Positions 36,882-46,500 of a stretch of DNA of 64,000 bases are shown here, piece by piece. The position numbers were made by a program, and so were the translations under genes. Below the pieces are notes generated by a model, which saw only the letters and a program-made list of their open reading frames with translations, did not search any database and had not been told where the DNA came from. Origin of the DNA: Parcubacteria group bacterium (GTDB taxonomy: Bacteria; Patescibacteriota; Minisyncoccia; 2-02-FULL-40-12; IGHO2-01-FULL-4-A); assembly GCA_043821485.1 (NCBI GenBank), contig JBDRCU010000037.1:28746-92745 (forward strand), written 5' to 3'. Each line of letters begins with the position of its first letter. The stretch's first letter is position 1.

Positions 36882-39800
36882 CTACAAAGAAGACAGCGCT
36901 CTCACGTCTTCTGCTAAAAACTTCGGTACGCCGTCTTTGTCATTGAGTCGTCCATTCACTATCAACACTTTGTTTTCTTCGAATACTTCTGGCTGAGCAT
37001 CGAATACCGTAGGGAATACAACTACTTCAATCTTTGATGTCATATCTTCAATCCACGCAAATGCCATTGGTTTGCCAGTTTTAGTTGTTATCTTTTGAAC
37101 CTTCGTTATCATGCCTGCAATCTTAGTAGGACTCTTCTTTTTCTTCGATATTACTTCTCCAATATTCGTAAGTCCATTATGCTGTTGAAGTTGTCTTTCA
37201 TAATCTTTCATTGGATGTCCTGATAGAAAAAGACCTAATAATTCTTTTTCCCAAAACAATTTTTCAAGAGATGGAGCAGGGGGCTCATCTTTTAAAGTCA
37301 GAGGGGGCATTGTCACTCCATTACCCGATGCCATATCAAAAAGACTTCCTTGTTTGGCTTCCTGTGCTTTTTGATGTTCGCGTGCGTGCTTTAACAATTG
37401 ATCAATATTCCCTAATAGCATTGCTCGTTCTCCAAAAGAATCCATTGCTCCGCATTTAATAAGACTCTCAAGAGATTTACGATTCAAATCCTTGTCACGA
37501 ACTCGAGTCACAAAGTTTTCTATTGAATCAAATTTCCCATTAACATCACGTTCACTGACAATTGCCTGGACAACATTTACTCCTACATTTTTAACTACTG
37601 CTAATCCAAATCGAATATCTTCGCGTACCTTGCCTTCAACTTCTTCACGAATCACAGAAAATTTCTCATCACTAAAATTAATATCCGGAGACAATACCTT
37701 AATATTCATTGAACGGCATTCTTCGACAAGAAAAGCGATGCGTTCTATGTCATTAAAATGTGAATTCATTAATGCTGCCATGAATTCTACAGGGTAATGA
37801 GCTTTCAAATATGCAGTCTGATAGGCGATAGTGGCATAACATGCTGCATGCGATCTATTAAATGCATATCTATTAAATGGCTCCACAAGCTCCCAAAAAC
37901 GCTGTGCAACTTGTTTGGGAGTACCGACTTCGTCTGCTCCTCTTTTGAACTTTTCTTCCTGCTTCATAAGAAGATCTCTTATCTTCTTGCCTACTGCTTT
38001 GCGCAAAATGTCTGCTTCAGCAAGGCTGAATCCTGCAAGGACACGTACTGCTTGAAGAAGCTGTTCCTGATACACCATAATTCCGTAAGTATTCTCAAGA
38101 ATTGGTTCAAGAGAGGGATGTAAATATTCAATGATTTTCTTGCCATGCTTGCGTGCAATATAATCGGGAATAAGCTCCATGGGGCCTGGACGATACAAAG
38201 ATACCATTACAATGATATCCTCAATATTTGTTGGTTTTAATTCGCGCAAATAACGCTTCATTCCTGAACTTTCGAGTTGAAAAACTCCTGTGGTCTGTGC
38301 TTTTTGTAAAAGTCTGAAAGTCTTCTGATCATCAAGGGGTAGATTGTCAATGTCAATCTCAACTCCATAATTCTTTTTAATAAGCATTAATGCATTATGA
38401 ATTATGGTCAAATTAGAAAGTCCCAAAAAATCCATCTTTAATAATCCCAAACTCTCAACTGCGTGCATTTCGTATTGAGTAATAATGTCGCCTTCATGCG
38501 TGCCTTTTTGCAATGGAACATATTCAGTAATTGGTTCCGGAGTTATTACAACTGCACATGCATGAGTAGAGCAATGGCGTGCAACGCCTTCTAATTGCAT
38601 TGCTGAATTAAGCAACGTATGCGCGTCTTCATTCGTATCATAAAGCTGTTTTAATTCAGTTACATTTTTTACACACTTTTTGAGGTAACCGATATTTTCA
38701 CCTTGCTGAGGATTGAATGGAATCATTTTTGCAATACGATCGCAGAAATCATAAGAGAAACCGAGCGCGCGTCCCGCATCACGAATACTTCCCCGCGCAG
38801 CCATAGTTCCAAATGTAATAATTTGAGCAAAGTGATCACTCCCATATTTATTACGCACATAATCAAAAACCTCATTGCGTCTGGCATCATCAAAATCAAG
38901 ATCAATATCAGGCATACCAATACGTTCTGGATTTAAAAATCGTTCAAAGAGAAGTTTGTACTTGAGTGGATCAATATTTGTAATATTTAAAACATAGGAG
39001 ACCAGACTTCCTGCCGCAGATCCGCGCCCCGGTCCGACAATGATTCCCTGACTCTTGGCCCAGTTTACGAAATCAGCAACAATCAAAAAATATGAAGCAA
39101 ATTCGGTTTTCTTAATAACACCTAACTCATATTCGAGACGCTCAAGCGCTTCATGATTATCTTTTTGAACGTATCTTTTTCCTACTCCTTCAAGCGCCAA
39201 TTCCTTCAAACGCTCATCTGCTGTATGCCCTTCTGGCAAAGGGAATGGGGGAAGCTGTATTTTGCCAAGTTCTATTTCAACATTGCATCTGTCGGCAATC
39301 TTGCCGGTATTCTCAAGCGCATCCGGAGTATCTTTAAACTTTTCTGCCATTTCCTCTTGAGACATAAAAGAAAAATCATCCGAGCGAAGACTAAGCCTAT
39401 CCTTATCTCCAACTTGATTGCCTGTTTGCACTGCAAGAAGTATATCGTGAGCATCTGCATCATCTGAATTTAAATAATGTGAATCCTGCGTTGCAACAAG
39501 GGGAATATTTAATTCACGAGCAAGTGGCACTATCTTTTTATTAACAACGCCTTGCTCTTCAATCCCAGGATGATGCTGAATCTCAAGGAAATAGTTTTCC
39601 TTTCCAAAGATTTCCTGATATTCAGAAATGAGTTTGCGTGCTTTGTCATCATTTCCGGAAAGAAGCGTACGTGGCACTTCCCCTGAAAGACATCCTGATA
39701 ATGCTATCAATCCTTCACTATGTTTACGCAAAAAATCTTTATCAACTCGAGGACGATAATAATATCCTTCCAAATGCGCTGCAGTAACAATTTTAATAAG

Positions 39801-40100
39801 GTTCTTGTAACCCACGTTATTCTCTGCAAGGGCAACGAGATGATAATAGCCACGCCCTTTCTCTGTCGGCTGTTTATCATACATATTTGGAGAAACATAG
39901 ATTTCACAACCAATGATTGGCTTAATTCCTGCCTTTTTACACGCCTGATAGAACTCAATAGCTCCATAAAGTACCCCGTGATCAGTGATGGCAACTGCAT
40001 CCATTCCAATGTCTTTGACTTTCTTTACAAGCTGATCTATGCGTGTTAATCCGTCTAAAAGTGAAAAATGGGTATGATTGTGCAGATGTACAAATCTCAT
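36882..40100 (-). CDS. dnaE: DNA polymerase III alpha subunit
   Basis: FVHLHNHTHFSLLDG PHP domain, GRGSAAGS, MPDIDLDF, KMDFLGL, YAFNRSHA. Confidence 0.97.
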   Translation of the reverse strand: MRFVHLHNHTHFSLLDGLTRIDQLVKKVKDIGMDAVAITDHGVLYGAIEFYQACKKAGIKPIIGCEIYVSPNMYDKQPTEKGRGYYHLVALAENNVGYKNLIKIVTAAHLEGYYYRPRVDKDFLRKHSEGLIALSGCLSGEVPRTLLSGNDDKARKLISEYQEIFGKENYFLEIQHHPGIEEQGVVNKKIVPLARELNIPLVATQDSHYLNSDDADAHDILLAVQTGNQVGDKDRLSLRSDDFSFMSQEEMAEKFKDTPDALENTGKIADRCNVEIELGKIQLPPFPLPEGHTADERLKELALEGVGKRYVQKDNHEALERLEYELGVIKKTEFASYFLIVADFVNWAKSQGIIVGPGRGSAAGSLVSYVLNITNIDPLKYKLLFERFLNPERIGMPDIDLDFDDARRNEVFDYVRNKYGSDHFAQIITFGTMAARGSIRDAGRALGFSYDFCDRIAKMIPFNPQQGENIGYLKKCVKNVTELKQLYDTNEDAHTLLNSAMQLEGVARHCSTHACAVVITPEPITEYVPLQKGTHEGDIITQYEMHAVESLGLLKMDFLGLSNLTIIHNALMLIKKNYGVEIDIDNLPLDDQKTFRLLQKAQTTGVFQLESSGMKRYLRELKPTNIEDIIVMVSLYRPGPMELIPDYIARKHGKKIIEYLHPSLEPILENTYGIMVYQEQLLQAVRVLAGFSLAEADILRKAVGKKIRDLLMKQEEKFKRGADEVGTPKQVAQRFWELVEPFNRYAFNRSHAACYATIAYQTAYLKAHYPVEFMAALMNSHFNDIERIAFLVEECRSMNIKVLSPDINFSDEKFSVIREEVEGKVREDIRFGLAVVKNVGVNVVQAIVSERDVNGKFDSIENFVTRVRDKDLNRKSLESLIKCGAMDSFGERAMLLGNIDQLLKHAREHQKAQEAKQGSLFDMASGNGVTMPPLTLKDEPPAPSLEKLFWEKELLGLFLSGHPMKDYERQLQQHNGLTNIGEVISKKKKSPTKIAGMITKVQKITTKTGKPMAFAWIEDMTSKIEVVVFPTVFDAQPEVFEENKVLIVNGRLNDKDGVPKFLAEDVRALSSL

Positions 40101-40188
40101 AGTAAAGAAATTGTAGCACATGCAGGATACTACTCAAAAACGATATTATAGTTGCAATCTTGGCTATTTATGGTAATATCTCCCTACT

Positions 40189-40413
40189 ATGCCCGTACCA
40201 AAAAAACACGGAACTTCAGGAAAGATGCGCAGACGACGCAGCCATAGCGCACTGAAGAAAACAACACTTACAACATGCAGTCACTGTAAAAAACCCGCTC
40301 TTCCTCATCGGGTTTGCAAGCAATGCGGTTTTTACAAAGACCAGGAAGTTGTTAATGTACTTGCGAAAGAATTAAAGAGACAGGAAAAACGCAAAAAGAA
40401 AGGAGGGAAGTAA
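40189..40413 (+). CDS. rpmF: 50S ribosomal protein L32
   Basis: MPVPKK..RRRSH, CSHC..PHRVCKQCGFY. Confidence 0.95.
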   Translation: MPVPKKHGTSGKMRRRRSHSALKKTTLTTCSHCKKPALPHRVCKQCGFYKDQEVVNVLAKELKRQEKRKKKGGK

Positions 40414-40432
40414 TAGCTCACTAAAATAGTCT

Positions 40433-40912
40433 ATGGCATCACGTCACTTATCACGTTCAATAGTAATGCAGACACTTTATGAATGGGATTTTCATGGCAA
40501 AAACAATGCCATGCTTAAAGATATTGTTGAACATAATCTGAATGAATTCGCTCCGGGAATGGATAGTGTCAAATTCGTACGCAGTCTTGTTGAGGGAACC
40601 GTAAACAAAATTTCTGAAATAGATACCATAATAGAGAAGGCTGCACCGCAATGGCCTATTGAGCAGATTGCAATGGTTGACCGAGCAGTACTTCGCCTTG
40701 GCATCTATGAATTGCTTTTTGGAAATCATGACGAGGTACCGCCAAAGGTTGCAATAAATGAGGCTATAGAACTTGGAAAATCATTCGGAGGCGAATCATC
40801 AGGAAGATTTATCAACGGCGTTATGGGAACAATCTATCGAGAGATAGGTGAACCTCGTAAAGACGAAATTAGTAAAAGAAAAAAGAAAGAACAAGAAAAT
40901 GTAAACAAATAA
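40433..40912 (+). CDS. nusB: Transcription antitermination factor NusB
   Basis: [30 protein letters not shown]. Confidence 0.95.
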   Translation: MASRHLSRSIVMQTLYEWDFHGKNNAMLKDIVEHNLNEFAPGMDSVKFVRSLVEGTVNKISEIDTIIEKAAPQWPIEQIAMVDRAVLRLGIYELLFGNHDEVPPKVAINEAIELGKSFGGESSGRFINGVMGTIYREIGEPRKDEISKRKKKEQENVNK

Positions 40913-40976
40913 TTTAGTGACCAGCGGCTAGTTTTTAGCAAGGCTAAATACTCACCAGTGATCACTACGGAACTCC

Positions 40977-41675
40977 ATGGAAGAATTTAAGCTCGACGAA
41001 CTTCAGCAGAGTATTGGCCTGCAATTTAACGATAAAGACCTATTACTTAAGGCCCTGACTCATCGTTCTTATTTAAATGAGAACACTTCGTGGCATCTGG
41101 ACCATAATGAACGTTTGGAATTTTTGGGTGATGCGGTACTGGAACTGGTTGTCACGGAATATCTTTATGGCAATTATCCTAATCCCGAAGGAGAACTCAC
41201 TAATTGGAGGGCTGCTTTAGTGAATTCAGTCATGCTTGCAAATATTGCGAAGAAGTTTAATCTTAATGATTACCTGCTACTGTCCAAAGGGGAAGCCAAA
41301 GACGAAGGGCGTGCGCGCCAGTATATTCTTGCAAATGCAGTTGAAGCATTAATTGGAGCCATACATTTGGATAGCGGATATGAGGCAGTGCGCAAATTCA
41401 TAACCACCTTCATTCTGGATGAACTTGAATTGATTTTAAAAGACAAGAAATATAGGGATCACAAAAGTCTTTTTCAGGAAGAATCGCAAGAACGCGAAGG
41501 AGTAACCCCAAACTATGAGGTGCTTGAAGAGTGGGGACCAGATCATGATAAAAATTTCAAAGTTGGAGCTTATCTTGAACGAACCCTCATAGCAGAGGGC
41601 GAGGGACATTCAAAACAAGAAGCCCAGCAGGAAGCTGCTAGAAACGCTCTAATTGTTAAAGGTTGGGATGAATAA
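40977..41675 (+). CDS. rnc: Ribonuclease III
   Basis: ALTHRSY, NERLEFLGDAVL, C-terminal dsRBD. Confidence 0.96.
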   Translation: MEEFKLDELQQSIGLQFNDKDLLLKALTHRSYLNENTSWHLDHNERLEFLGDAVLELVVTEYLYGNYPNPEGELTNWRAALVNSVMLANIAKKFNLNDYLLLSKGEAKDEGRARQYILANAVEALIGAIHLDSGYEAVRKFITTFILDELELILKDKKYRDHKSLFQEESQEREGVTPNYEVLEEWGPDHDKNFKVGAYLERTLIAEGEGHSKQEAQQEAARNALIVKGWDE

Positions 41676-41693
41676 AAATATTAAATAAATATT

Positions 41694-42116
41694 ATGAATA
41701 AAAAATACATATTATCAATAATTATCTTAGTGCTTGCTGCAGTAGTACTGTATATAGCACTGGATGCAAGATCGATTGCTGAAGATACATCTAATGGTGA
41801 TGTGTCGATGAATGGGGAAACGCTAGATGCGACTCTGCATATTGATGGCATTTCATACGATGCATCAATGTCTCTAGGTGACACAGTTATTGACCTTATG
41901 ACAAACGTAGCAGAGAATGAAGACGATTTTAAATTTACTGGCACAGAATATGAAGGAATGGGATTCTTTGTTGAATCCATCAATGGAATTTCCAGCACTA
42001 ACGATATGTATTGGATTTACTATATAAATGACAAGAGTGCCCAAGTCGGAGCATCACAGTATGAGTTGGTTGACGGGGACGTTATCGAGTGGAAATTTGA
42101 AGAAAGCGACTTCTAA
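41694..42116 (+). CDS. DUF4430 (transcobalamin C-terminal-like) membrane-anchored protein
   Basis: N-terminal TM; GFFVESINGI..YWIYYIN..GASQYEL.DGDVIEWKF. Confidence 0.8.
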   Translation: MNKKYILSIIILVLAAVVLYIALDARSIAEDTSNGDVSMNGETLDATLHIDGISYDASMSLGDTVIDLMTNVAENEDDFKFTGTEYEGMGFFVESINGISSTNDMYWIYYINDKSAQVGASQYELVDGDVIEWKFEESDF

Positions 42117-42118
42117 TT

Positions 42119-42667
42119 ATGGAATCTAATAGAAATATAATCTGGATTTTTGTTATCCTTATGGTGCTTAGTGCATTGATGCGTTTTGTTCCGCACATGC
42201 CGAATGTTACGCCTGTTGGCGCGCTTGCTCTTACTGCCGGACTTTATCTGCGTCGAAGCTGGGCTGTAATACCTGCCATACTTGTTATGGTTTTCACAGA
42301 CATTTTTGTCGGATTGTATCATCCCGGAATTATGTTATCTGTCTATGGAGGTTTTGTAATTATGGCTCTTATGGCTAGCACTGCAAAAGGAGAATCTAAA
42401 ACGCATATGATTGCCCCTGTCCTGGCTGGATCAATGATGTTTTTCCTAATAACCAATGCTGCTGTATGGTGGTTTTCTGGATTCTACGAACACACTGCAA
42501 GCGGTCTTATGCAAAGCTATACTCTAGCATTGCCATTTTTTAGAAATAGCTTAATCGGTAATTTTGTCTATACAGCACTGTTCGTTGCTGTTATTGAATA
42601 TGCATATGCTATCCAATCAAACCATGCTACTGCGAAGATAAGAAAAGGGAACGAGATTGACCAATAG
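42119..42667 (+). CDS. Putative ECF-type transporter S component (DUF6580/CblT-like)
   Basis: RFVPHMPNVTPVGALAL, FFLITN, GLMQSYTLALPFFRN. Confidence 0.75.
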   Translation: MESNRNIIWIFVILMVLSALMRFVPHMPNVTPVGALALTAGLYLRRSWAVIPAILVMVFTDIFVGLYHPGIMLSVYGGFVIMALMASTAKGESKTHMIAPVLAGSMMFFLITNAAVWWFSGFYEHTASGLMQSYTLALPFFRNSLIGNFVYTALFVAVIEYAYAIQSNHATAKIRKGNEIDQ

Positions 42668-42711
42668 CCATATTTCTGGTATCGTCTCTAGACATTAATT
42701 AAATAAATGCC

Positions 42712-43182
42712 ATGTTAAAAATTCGACTGCAACGCATTGGAAAGAAAAAACAAGCTTACTACAAAGTCGTAGTAACAGAACATACTCGCAAGCCAAAAGG
42801 CCAGTATCTTGAATTGCTTGGATCCTATGATCCTCATGCTAAAAAGATTGAAGTTGACGCTGAACGCGTTAAGCACTGGTTATCCCATGGAGCAAAGGCT
42901 TCTGCCACTGTGCATAATCTAATGGTGGGACATAATATAATAGAAGGGAAAAAAGTTACATCTTGGAAACCTAAAAAGAAGAAAGTGGAAGAATCTGAAG
43001 GGAAGGCAGATGCCCCTAAAAAAGAGGAGGTTAAGACAGAAGAAGTAAAAGAAGAAACAAAAACAGATGAGCCAGAAGCAGAAGCGGAGACAAAACCAGA
43101 ATTAGAATCAAAAGAAGGGGAAATAAAGGAAGAAGTAAAAGAGGAGCCGAAGGAAGAACCAAAAGAGGAAAAGAAAGATTGA
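42712..43182 (+). CDS. rpsP: 30S ribosomal protein S16 with Glu/Lys-rich tail
   Basis: MLKIRLQRIGKK, ELLGSYDP, WLSHGAKAS. Confidence 0.95.
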   Translation: MLKIRLQRIGKKKQAYYKVVVTEHTRKPKGQYLELLGSYDPHAKKIEVDAERVKHWLSHGAKASATVHNLMVGHNIIEGKKVTSWKPKKKKVEESEGKADAPKKEEVKTEEVKEETKTDEPEAEAETKPELESKEGEIKEEVKEEPKEEPKEEKKD

Positions 43183-43207
43183 CACAAGTCCCGTCCAGCG
43201 CTATATT
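43179..43207 (+). promoter_or_regulatory. sigma70-type promoter for khpA
   Basis: TTGACA-N17-TATATT overlapping the rpsP stop codon. Confidence 0.65.
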
Positions 43208-43301
43208 AATACTCGCATATACCATAATAACGAAAAGCAGAAAACAGCATTGCGTTGACAATATACTGTAATCGGAATGCCTGTAAGATCTGCCCCCTAC
43301 A

Positions 43302-43670
43302 ATGGAAGAATACGATAAAGAGTTTGTCGAATATATTGTTAAAGGCATAGTAAACATCCCTGACAAAGTCGAGGTTTCAAGAAAGGTTGACGAGATGGGA
43401 GTACTGCTTGAGGTCAAAGTAGATCCAAGTGATATGGGTTTACTCATCGGACGAAGTGGTGCAACTGCCAAAGCCATCCGCGTACTAGCACGTATAGTTG
43501 GAATGAGAAACAATGCACGTGTAAATCTCCGTATCATTGAGCCAGAAGGAAGTACACGAGGCCCAGGTGCAAGCGCTCCAAATAATTCTGCATCTGCACC
43601 AGTCCCAGTACCTGCACAAGGTGAGAAATCAACAAGCATCGACGACGTAGTAAATAACCTCGGAGTCTAA
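43302..43670 (+). CDS. khpA: KH-domain RNA-binding protein KhpA
   Basis: DMGLLIGRSGATAKAIR; located between rpsP and trmD. Confidence 0.9.
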   Translation: MEEYDKEFVEYIVKGIVNIPDKVEVSRKVDEMGVLLEVKVDPSDMGLLIGRSGATAKAIRVLARIVGMRNNARVNLRIIEPEGSTRGPGASAPNNSASAPVPVPAQGEKSTSIDDVVNNLGV

Positions 43671-43684
43671 AAGCAATTATAATC

Positions 43685-43706
43685 AAAACCGCCGCAAGGC
43701 GGTTTT
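43685..43706 (+). terminator. Intrinsic terminator
   Basis: AAAACCGCC-GCAA-GGCGGTTTT. Confidence 0.8.
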
Positions 43707-43746
43707 GATATTGCATAAAATGACAAAAGTGAGTAGGGTAATATGT

Positions 43747-44439
43747 ATGAAAATAGACATCATAACAATCTTCCCAAATCTATTTGATAACTTCTTAAAC
43801 GAAAGCCTAATTGCGCGTGCTCAAAAGAAAAAACTTGTGCGTATAACTGCACACGATTTGCGCAAATGGACCAAGGATAATCACAAAACTGTAGATGGCA
43901 AACCATATGGCGGGGGAGCTGGAATGGTTCTTATGGTTAATCCAATAATGAAAGCTGTAAACAAACTTAAAAGCAAAAAGAAAAAGATACGAGTCATATC
44001 AATGTCTGCTAAGGGCAAAACTTTCAATCAAGCGATGGCACGCAAATGGTCTAAATTTGATCAATTAATTTTCATATGCGGACGATATGAAGGCATAGAT
44101 GAAAGGGTTAATAAATATGTTGCTGATGAAGAAATTTCAATAGGCAACTATGTTTTGTTTGGAGGAGAAATTCCAGCAATGGTAATAACTGAAGCAGTGA
44201 CACGTTTAATTCCTGGATCCATTGGCAAACAAGAATCTCTAAAAGATGAATCTTTCAATGTCACTGGAACAGTTCAAAAACAGCTATCTGAATTCCTAGA
44301 ATACCCTCATTACACCCGACCAGAGACAATAGAAATCAATGGCAAAAAACGCCACGTCCCAAAAGTACTGCTTTCCGGCAATCACAAAGAAGTAGAGAAA
44401 TGGCGCAAAAAACAGTCAAAAATTGCCAAAAAAATTTAA
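43747..44439 (+). CDS. trmD: tRNA (guanine37-N1)-methyltransferase
   Basis: PYGGGAGMV, CGRYEGIDER, SIGNYVLFGGE, LEYPHYTRP, LLSGNH. Confidence 0.96.
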   Translation: MKIDIITIFPNLFDNFLNESLIARAQKKKLVRITAHDLRKWTKDNHKTVDGKPYGGGAGMVLMVNPIMKAVNKLKSKKKKIRVISMSAKGKTFNQAMARKWSKFDQLIFICGRYEGIDERVNKYVADEEISIGNYVLFGGEIPAMVITEAVTRLIPGSIGKQESLKDESFNVTGTVQKQLSEFLEYPHYTRPETIEINGKKRHVPKVLLSGNHKEVEKWRKKQSKIAKKI

Positions 44440-44458
44440 TTCCTATAGACTTTATAAT

Positions 44459-44689
44459 ATGAAAAAAGAACTTCAAAATCTCATTGAAAAATCAGAACTG
44501 AATGATGAAGATAAAAAAATCTGGTTTTCTGTAATTCAATCGCTTAATGACAAAATGACTGTTAAGTTTCATGAGGTTATTTTGACAAATCCAGACAATC
44601 TTCCTCAAATAACATCCCTTATTAAAGAATTCCAAGAAGCTATAGGAAACAAAGATTTAGCTAAAATAGATAAATTATTAGAAAAATGA
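44459..44689 (+). CDS. Hypothetical protein
   Basis: 76-aa helical ORF with ATGA overlap to the next gene. Confidence 0.6.
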   Translation: MKKELQNLIEKSELNDEDKKIWFSVIQSLNDKMTVKFHEVILTNPDNLPQITSLIKEFQEAIGNKDLAKIDKLLEK

Positions 44690-45573
44690 GAAGAGAAGAA
44701 GCCTTCCAACCAAATAAATCAGAGACTAAAAAGACTTTCAAAGAAAGTCTGTCTCTTCGTACGAAAGAGCTTAAACACAGAAGTAATAGAGTACTGATTG
44801 CACTTACTGCAGCGTTACTACTTTCTGGTTTTGCAGGTGTAGCTGAAGCAGGAATGAAAGATTTCTTCAAAGGAAAAGGTAGGGAAATACTTAATACCGG
44901 CAGAAGGGTGGGCATAGATAGGACCAAGAAAGAATTCAAGTATCAATTAGATAAAAAAATACTAGAACGCAGATTAAAAGAAAAGGACAAAGAATTTACC
45001 AGACTGATGAGAGAGCTTATAAAATATGACGAGAAGATACTGATGCAAGGACTAAGTGCCCTACAAGAAGAACTGTCTCAAGACCTAGATCCTAAATTTG
45101 ACGATGTATTAACTTCACTTGAACAGCAACGGGCTTTTGCTACAAAAATTATCCAGCTTGATTTAGAAATTGCAGATATGGAACAGGGAGTAAAAACAGA
45201 GGAAGAAACAGGTGGTTCAATAGAAGAAAAAAGACGCGAACGCGATATACTCCTTAAAGCATATGAAAAATCTCTTGTAGAAATGAATACGGAATTAGAA
45301 CAAGCCTTACAAAATGAAGAAAAGAATCCTCTTAAAGAACTTCTGGAAGAACAGGGATGTGGGATAGATACGCTTCATACAACAAGAGATGGAATGACAT
45401 CTGTAGAATTTTATGCAACAGTCGAACCTATGCGCGAACATGCACAAGGAGCTAGAGCAGAGATTCAAGAACTCGAAGGACAAATGGATCAACAAGGAAA
45501 AGCAATAAGAGAGGAGCATAAGGAAGCAGGAAGTGGAGCACTAGATAGAACCCTAGATATTATATTTAGATAA
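44686..45573 (+). CDS. Hypothetical exported coiled-coil protein
   Basis: Charged N-terminal extension, then hydrophobic segment ending AEA; E/K-rich helices. Confidence 0.7.
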   Translation: MRREEAFQPNKSETKKTFKESLSLRTKELKHRSNRVLIALTAALLLSGFAGVAEAGMKDFFKGKGREILNTGRRVGIDRTKKEFKYQLDKKILERRLKEKDKEFTRLMRELIKYDEKILMQGLSALQEELSQDLDPKFDDVLTSLEQQRAFATKIIQLDLEIADMEQGVKTEEETGGSIEEKRRERDILLKAYEKSLVEMNTELEQALQNEEKNPLKELLEEQGCGIDTLHTTRDGMTSVEFYATVEPMREHAQGARAEIQELEGQMDQQGKAIREEHKEAGSGALDRTLDIIFR

Positions 45574-45595
45574 AATATAGAAATTTGTCGATATA

Positions 45596-45620
45596 AAAAC
45601 CCTTAGAACAAGGGTTTTTT
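45596..45620 (+). terminator. Intrinsic terminator
   Basis: AAAAACCCTT-agaac-AAGGGTTTTTT. Confidence 0.75.
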
Positions 45621-45724
45621 GTTTCTTGACTTTGACCCTAAAATACTATATAATATATACAACTCTGCGAGGTCCGTAAGGAATTTCATAGAACGTACAT
45701 TCCGAAAACGAGAGGAGAAAGGTC

Positions 45725-46387
45725 ATGCGTTACGCGGGCCTATTCCTGTTGGTGGTCGCCATCATGGCGACCCTCACAATCAACTCCGAACCCGCCTTCG
45801 CCGGAGACCTGTTCGACAGGATCCTTAGCGAGGGCTTGGCTGGCACCGATCGAGACCACGTCGTCACGACTGCCCGCCAGACGATCCGCGAGGACAGCGA
45901 CATCCGTGACCCCGGAACAACTGGAAGCATCTACGAAGGGGTCGACATCACAAACAAGGTACTTGGAAATCCTTACGGTGGCGGGGGAACCAAGGGAACG
46001 CTAACCCGCCTAGGTGGAGCTGGACTGTTCTACTTCCTGGACAGTACGGGTCGCATTCGACATCCGAGTCATACACGTCAATCGGCGGATGTCGTCAAGC
46101 AGATCGAAGCCAAACCCGATACCGTGACCCGACCGACACCGGACCCAAGCATGGAGTGGTCTCTCAACAACGTGACGACCGACAAAACCATGGTCGTCTA
46201 CTACCAGAACGAGATGCTCTTCGTGCTCAACGGCGGAGAGTCGAACTTCCATGCGATTCCTCTGAGCTGGAACTCCACCCGCTTCAGGGCGGAGATCCTG
46301 GAACAGGATCCATCGACTGGCGCCCTTGTTCGCAGTGCTGCGACCAGAACGGCCACCGGAAGCTACGGCTTCAACTTCTCCGACTAG
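45725..46387 (+). CDS. Secreted hypothetical protein (GC-richer orphan)
   Basis: SD GAGGAG, signal peptide ending PAFA, many C/G-ending codons. Confidence 0.75.
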   Translation: MRYAGLFLLVVAIMATLTINSEPAFAGDLFDRILSEGLAGTDRDHVVTTARQTIREDSDIRDPGTTGSIYEGVDITNKVLGNPYGGGGTKGTLTRLGGAGLFYFLDSTGRIRHPSHTRQSADVVKQIEAKPDTVTRPTPDPSMEWSLNNVTTDKTMVVYYQNEMLFVLNGGESNFHAIPLSWNSTRFRAEILEQDPSTGALVRSAATRTATGSYGFNFSD

Positions 46388-46421
46388 CCGGCCATGAGAC
46401 CGGCAACAAGTACCGACATCA

Positions 46422-46462
46422 GGGCCGGACCTCCAACAGGGGGCACCGGCCCCCTTTTTTTT
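46422..46462 (+). terminator. Intrinsic terminator
   Basis: GGGCCGG...CCGGCCC followed by a long T run. Confidence 0.75.
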
Positions 46463-46471
46463 ATAAAACCC

Positions 46472-46500
46472 TTGACTTACCTAGGTCATTCTAATACACT
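46472..46500 (+). promoter_or_regulatory. rRNA promoter
   Basis: TTGACT-N17-TACACT followed by leader hairpins. Confidence 0.7.

Noticed and set aside
36882-40100. Intein in dnaE
   Set aside because: Length is ordinary, motifs are contiguous, and no intein splice-junction motifs were seen.
42834-43639. Long antisense ORFs over rpsP and khpA, and similar ones at 20287-20821, 29707-30135 and 35619-36107
   Set aside because: They overlap better-supported genes on the opposite strand and lack start signals or recognisable motifs.
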